From Alphaproteobacteria bacterium (lineage in GTDB: Bacteria; Pseudomonadota; Alphaproteobacteria; JAAXGF01), in NCBI GenBank assembly GCA_963555825.3, contig CAUVXB020000002.1, positions 2,912,001 to 2,976,000 of the forward strand: 64,000 nucleotides of DNA, written 5' to 3'. Positions 61,364 through 64,000 of the stretch are shown in pieces (position 1 is the first letter of the stretch; every line of letters begins with the position of its first letter). Under the pieces are notes generated by a model. It had not been told where the DNA came from and made no database searches. It was given only the letters and a program-made list of their open reading frames with translations. A program made the translations under genes and the position numbers.

Positions 61364-63786
61364 GTCTCGTCTTCCCGGAGTGAGTCGCGGGCATACTCGC
61401 GCCGCTTCTCGGCCAGCTCGGCGAGGCGCGCCTCGACCAGCCGGTTGAGGCTGCCCTCGGGGAATTCGCCGTCCTCGCCCCGTTGGCCCGCCGGCATGCC
61501 GGTCAGGATCTCGATGCCCTGTTCGATCGTCTCGACTGGATAAATATGGAATTTGCCGTCGCGCGCGGCGTCGACGACGCGCCGGTGCAGCATCAGATGC
61601 TTGACGTTGGTCGCCGGTATCAAGACGCCCTGGTCGCCGGTCAGGCCGCGCGCGTCGCAGATGTCGAAGAAGCCCTCGATCTTCTCGTTGGCGCCGCCGA
61701 TCGCCTGCACCGTGCCGTATTGGTTGACCGAGCCGGTGACCGCGAAGCCCTGCTTGATCGGCACGCCCGAGATCGCCGACAGCAGCGCATACAGCTCGGT
61801 CGACGAGGCCGAATCGCCGTCGACGCCGCCATAGGACTGCTCGAACACCAGGCTGGCCGAGAGCGACAGCGGCCGATCGCTCGCGAAATGGGCGCTGAGG
61901 TAGCCGCTCAGGATCAAGACGCCCTTGGTGTGCAGCGGGCCGCCGAGCGTCACCTCGCGCTCGATATCGACGACCTCGCCCTTGCCGATGCGGACCCGCG
62001 CGGTGATCCGGCTCGGCTTGCCGAAGGCGAAGCCGCCGACCTGGAGCACGGCGAGCCCGTTGACCTGGCCGACCACCGCGCCGCCGGTGTCGATCGCGAT
62101 GGTGCCGCGGCTGATCTGCTCCTGGGTGCGCTCGCGCACGCGGTCGAGGCGGCGCGTCTGGGCGTCGACCGCGTGCTGCACGTCGTCGGCGCCGATCCGG
62201 CCGTTGCCGTTCTTGCCAGCCCAGTAATCGGCCTCGCGCAACAGGTCGGCGAGCGATTCGAGGCGCGTCGACAGGCGTTCGGAATCGCCGGCCTGGCGCG
62301 CCGAGTACTCGAGCGCCCGGGCGACGCCGGCGCAATCGAGCGGCTTGAGCTTCTCGGCCCGCGCCAGCGTCGCGACGAGTCGGGCGAACAGCGCGTTGTT
62401 CTCGTCTGAGCGCTGGATCTGCTCGTCGAAGTCGGCGGCGACCTTGAACAGGCGCCGGAAATCGGGGTCGGCGTCGGACAGCATGTAGTAGATCATGCGA
62501 TCGCCGACCAGGACGACCTTGACGTCGAGCGGGATCGGCTCGGGCTCGAGCGAGACTGTCGAGATCGCGCCCATCACGCGGCCGATCGGCTCGATGCGGA
62601 TCTTGCCCGCGCGCAACGCCTGCTTGAGGCCCTGCCAGGCCATCGGCTGGCTCAACAGCTTGCGCGCATCGAGCATCAGATAGCCGCCCGAGGCGCGGTG
62701 CAGCGCACCCGCCTGGACCATGTGGAAATCGGTAAACAGCGTGCCCATCTCGGCGCGGTGCTCGATGCGGCCGACCAGGCGCTCATACGTCGGGTCGTCT
62801 TCGTAGACGACCGGCGCGTGCTCGAGCGCGCCGTTGTCGACCACCAGGTTGACGCGGTATTTGCGGGCCAGCGCCTCGGCCGGGTTGTGCGCGCCGGGCG
62901 GACCCGGCTGGCCCTCGGCCGCCTGCGGCGCGACGATCGCCTCGACGTTGTCGACCACGTCGTCGCGCACCTCGTCGAGATAGATCTGCACGCTGGTGTC
63001 GTCGGCGTAGCGTTCGCGCAGCGCCTCGACCAGATGGCCGACCGCAAACAGCGCGGTCTCGTGGTTGAGCGCGCGCAGCTTGTCGCGCGTCTCCTTCATC
63101 CACACCGGGACCTGTTGCAGCGCCGCCTGGAGCAGCTTCTGAAGCTCCTGGATCTCGCCCTCGATGCGTTTCTGGTCGGCCTCGGGGTAGGCCTGGAATT
63201 CCTCGGGGGCGACGACCTTGCCTTCGCTCAGCGGCGCGAAGGTGAACCCCTGGGGCGTGCGGAACAAGGCGATGCCGCGTGCCTTCGCCGCCTGCTCGAT
63301 CTCGGTGACGGCGCGCTCCTGGCGGTCCTTGATCTCCTCCTCGATGACCTGGCTCGAGGTGCGGTGCTCGTCGCTCTCGAAGGCGCTGCGCAGCGCGTCG
63401 CCCAGGTCCTCGGCGAAGCGCTCCATGTCGTCGCGGAAGGCCGCGCCGCGGCCCGGCGCGAGCCTCAGCGCGCGCGGCTTGCGGTGCTCCTTGAAGTTCG
63501 AGATATAGCACCAGTCGGCGGGCGCTTCGCCCTGGCGCGCGCGCTCCTCGAGGAACTGGCGCGTCACCGTGTGCTTGCCGGTGCCCTCGGCGCCCAACGC
63601 GAACAGGTTGTAGCTCGGGCGGTCCATGTCGATGGCGAACTTGATCGCCTCGACGGCGCGGTCCTGGCCGATGACCTCGTCGAGGTCGTCGAGCTCGTCG
63701 GTCGACGCGAATGAGAACTGGTCGGGCTGGCAGCGCCAGCACAACGCCTCGATCGATAGCGCGCCCTTGGCTGGCGTGTCGCCCAT
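61360..63786 (-). CDS. Lon-like S16 protease (LonC/AAA_32 type)
   Basis: IGQDRA, GAEGTGK, GALHRASGG, EQSYGGVDGDSAS, AIGGANEKIEGF Ser-Lys dyad. Confidence 0.9.
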   Translation of the reverse strand: MGDTPAKGALSIEALCWRCQPDQFSFASTDELDDLDEVIGQDRAVEAIKFAIDMDRPSYNLFALGAEGTGKHTVTRQFLEERARQGEAPADWCYISNFKEHRKPRALRLAPGRGAAFRDDMERFAEDLGDALRSAFESDEHRTSSQVIEEEIKDRQERAVTEIEQAAKARGIALFRTPQGFTFAPLSEGKVVAPEEFQAYPEADQKRIEGEIQELQKLLQAALQQVPVWMKETRDKLRALNHETALFAVGHLVEALRERYADDTSVQIYLDEVRDDVVDNVEAIVAPQAAEGQPGPPGAHNPAEALARKYRVNLVVDNGALEHAPVVYEDDPTYERLVGRIEHRAEMGTLFTDFHMVQAGALHRASGGYLMLDARKLLSQPMAWQGLKQALRAGKIRIEPIGRVMGAISTVSLEPEPIPLDVKVVLVGDRMIYYMLSDADPDFRRLFKVAADFDEQIQRSDENNALFARLVATLARAEKLKPLDCAGVARALEYSARQAGDSERLSTRLESLADLLREADYWAGKNGNGRIGADDVQHAVDAQTRRLDRVRERTQEQISRGTIAIDTGGAVVGQVNGLAVLQVGGFAFGKPSRITARVRIGKGEVVDIEREVTLGGPLHTKGVLILSGYLSAHFASDRPLSLSASLVFEQSYGGVDGDSASSTELYALLSAISGVPIKQGFAVTGSVNQYGTVQAIGGANEKIEGFFDICDARGLTGDQGVLIPATNVKHLMLHRRVVDAARDGKFHIYPVETIEQGIEILTGMPAGQRGEDGEFPEGSLNRLVEARLAELAEKRREYARDSLREDET

Positions 63787-63939
63787 CGCCGCGCGGCCTC
63801 CGGATTGTTGAGCCGCCTATGTTAGTCGATTTACCGCCCGGGCAAAGCGCCGATCTCGACCCGCGGGGTTCGCGTCGCGCCGCGCTTCCTGCTAGTTTTG
63901 TCGCGCGGGATCGATCGTGGAACCAAGACGGGGCGGAGC

Positions 63940-64000
63940 ATGGACGGACGCGTCGGCGTCGAAATCGGCGGCACCTTCACCGACCTCGTCTGGCGACGCG
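63940..64000 (+). CDS. Hydantoinase A/oxoprolinase family protein, N-terminal fragment
   Basis: MDGRVGVEIGGTFTDLV; runs off window. Confidence 0.7.
   Translation, partial: MDGRVGVEIGGTFTDLVWRR

Overview
GC-rich (by eye, high-60s %) bacterial chromosomal segment, most likely alphaproteobacterial (single-Cys DksA, DUF1127, DUF3553, class III cyclase-TolB-TPR gene). It holds a beta-oxidation cluster with a split ACAD10/11-like dehydrogenase + kinase pair, and a block of housekeeping and envelope genes. A dispersed tungsten module comprises an excisionase-HTH/PBP regulator, tupBC with two tupA, a two-subunit NAD-linked formate dehydrogenase, mobB and an AorABC-MoaD aldehyde oxidoreductase operon. 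Seven IS copies can be delimited to the base from their TIRs and target duplications; all sit in just three accessory genes (one cyclase-TPR gene and two Tat-exported M23 peptidases), and two are nested in other ISs. One two-ORF IS occurs twice and makes 15-bp target duplications. The least explained signals are non-coding. One is a ~75-bp composite GTCCGC/GCGGAC hairpin element that follows or flanks lower-GC accessory genes like a cassette boundary. Another is a TAG-anchored ~140-200-bp palindromic repeat in four copies, two of them bracketing a Sel1 gene. No rRNA, tRNA or CRISPR array was recognised. All calls come from reading the sequence and recalling family motifs; no database search was run.
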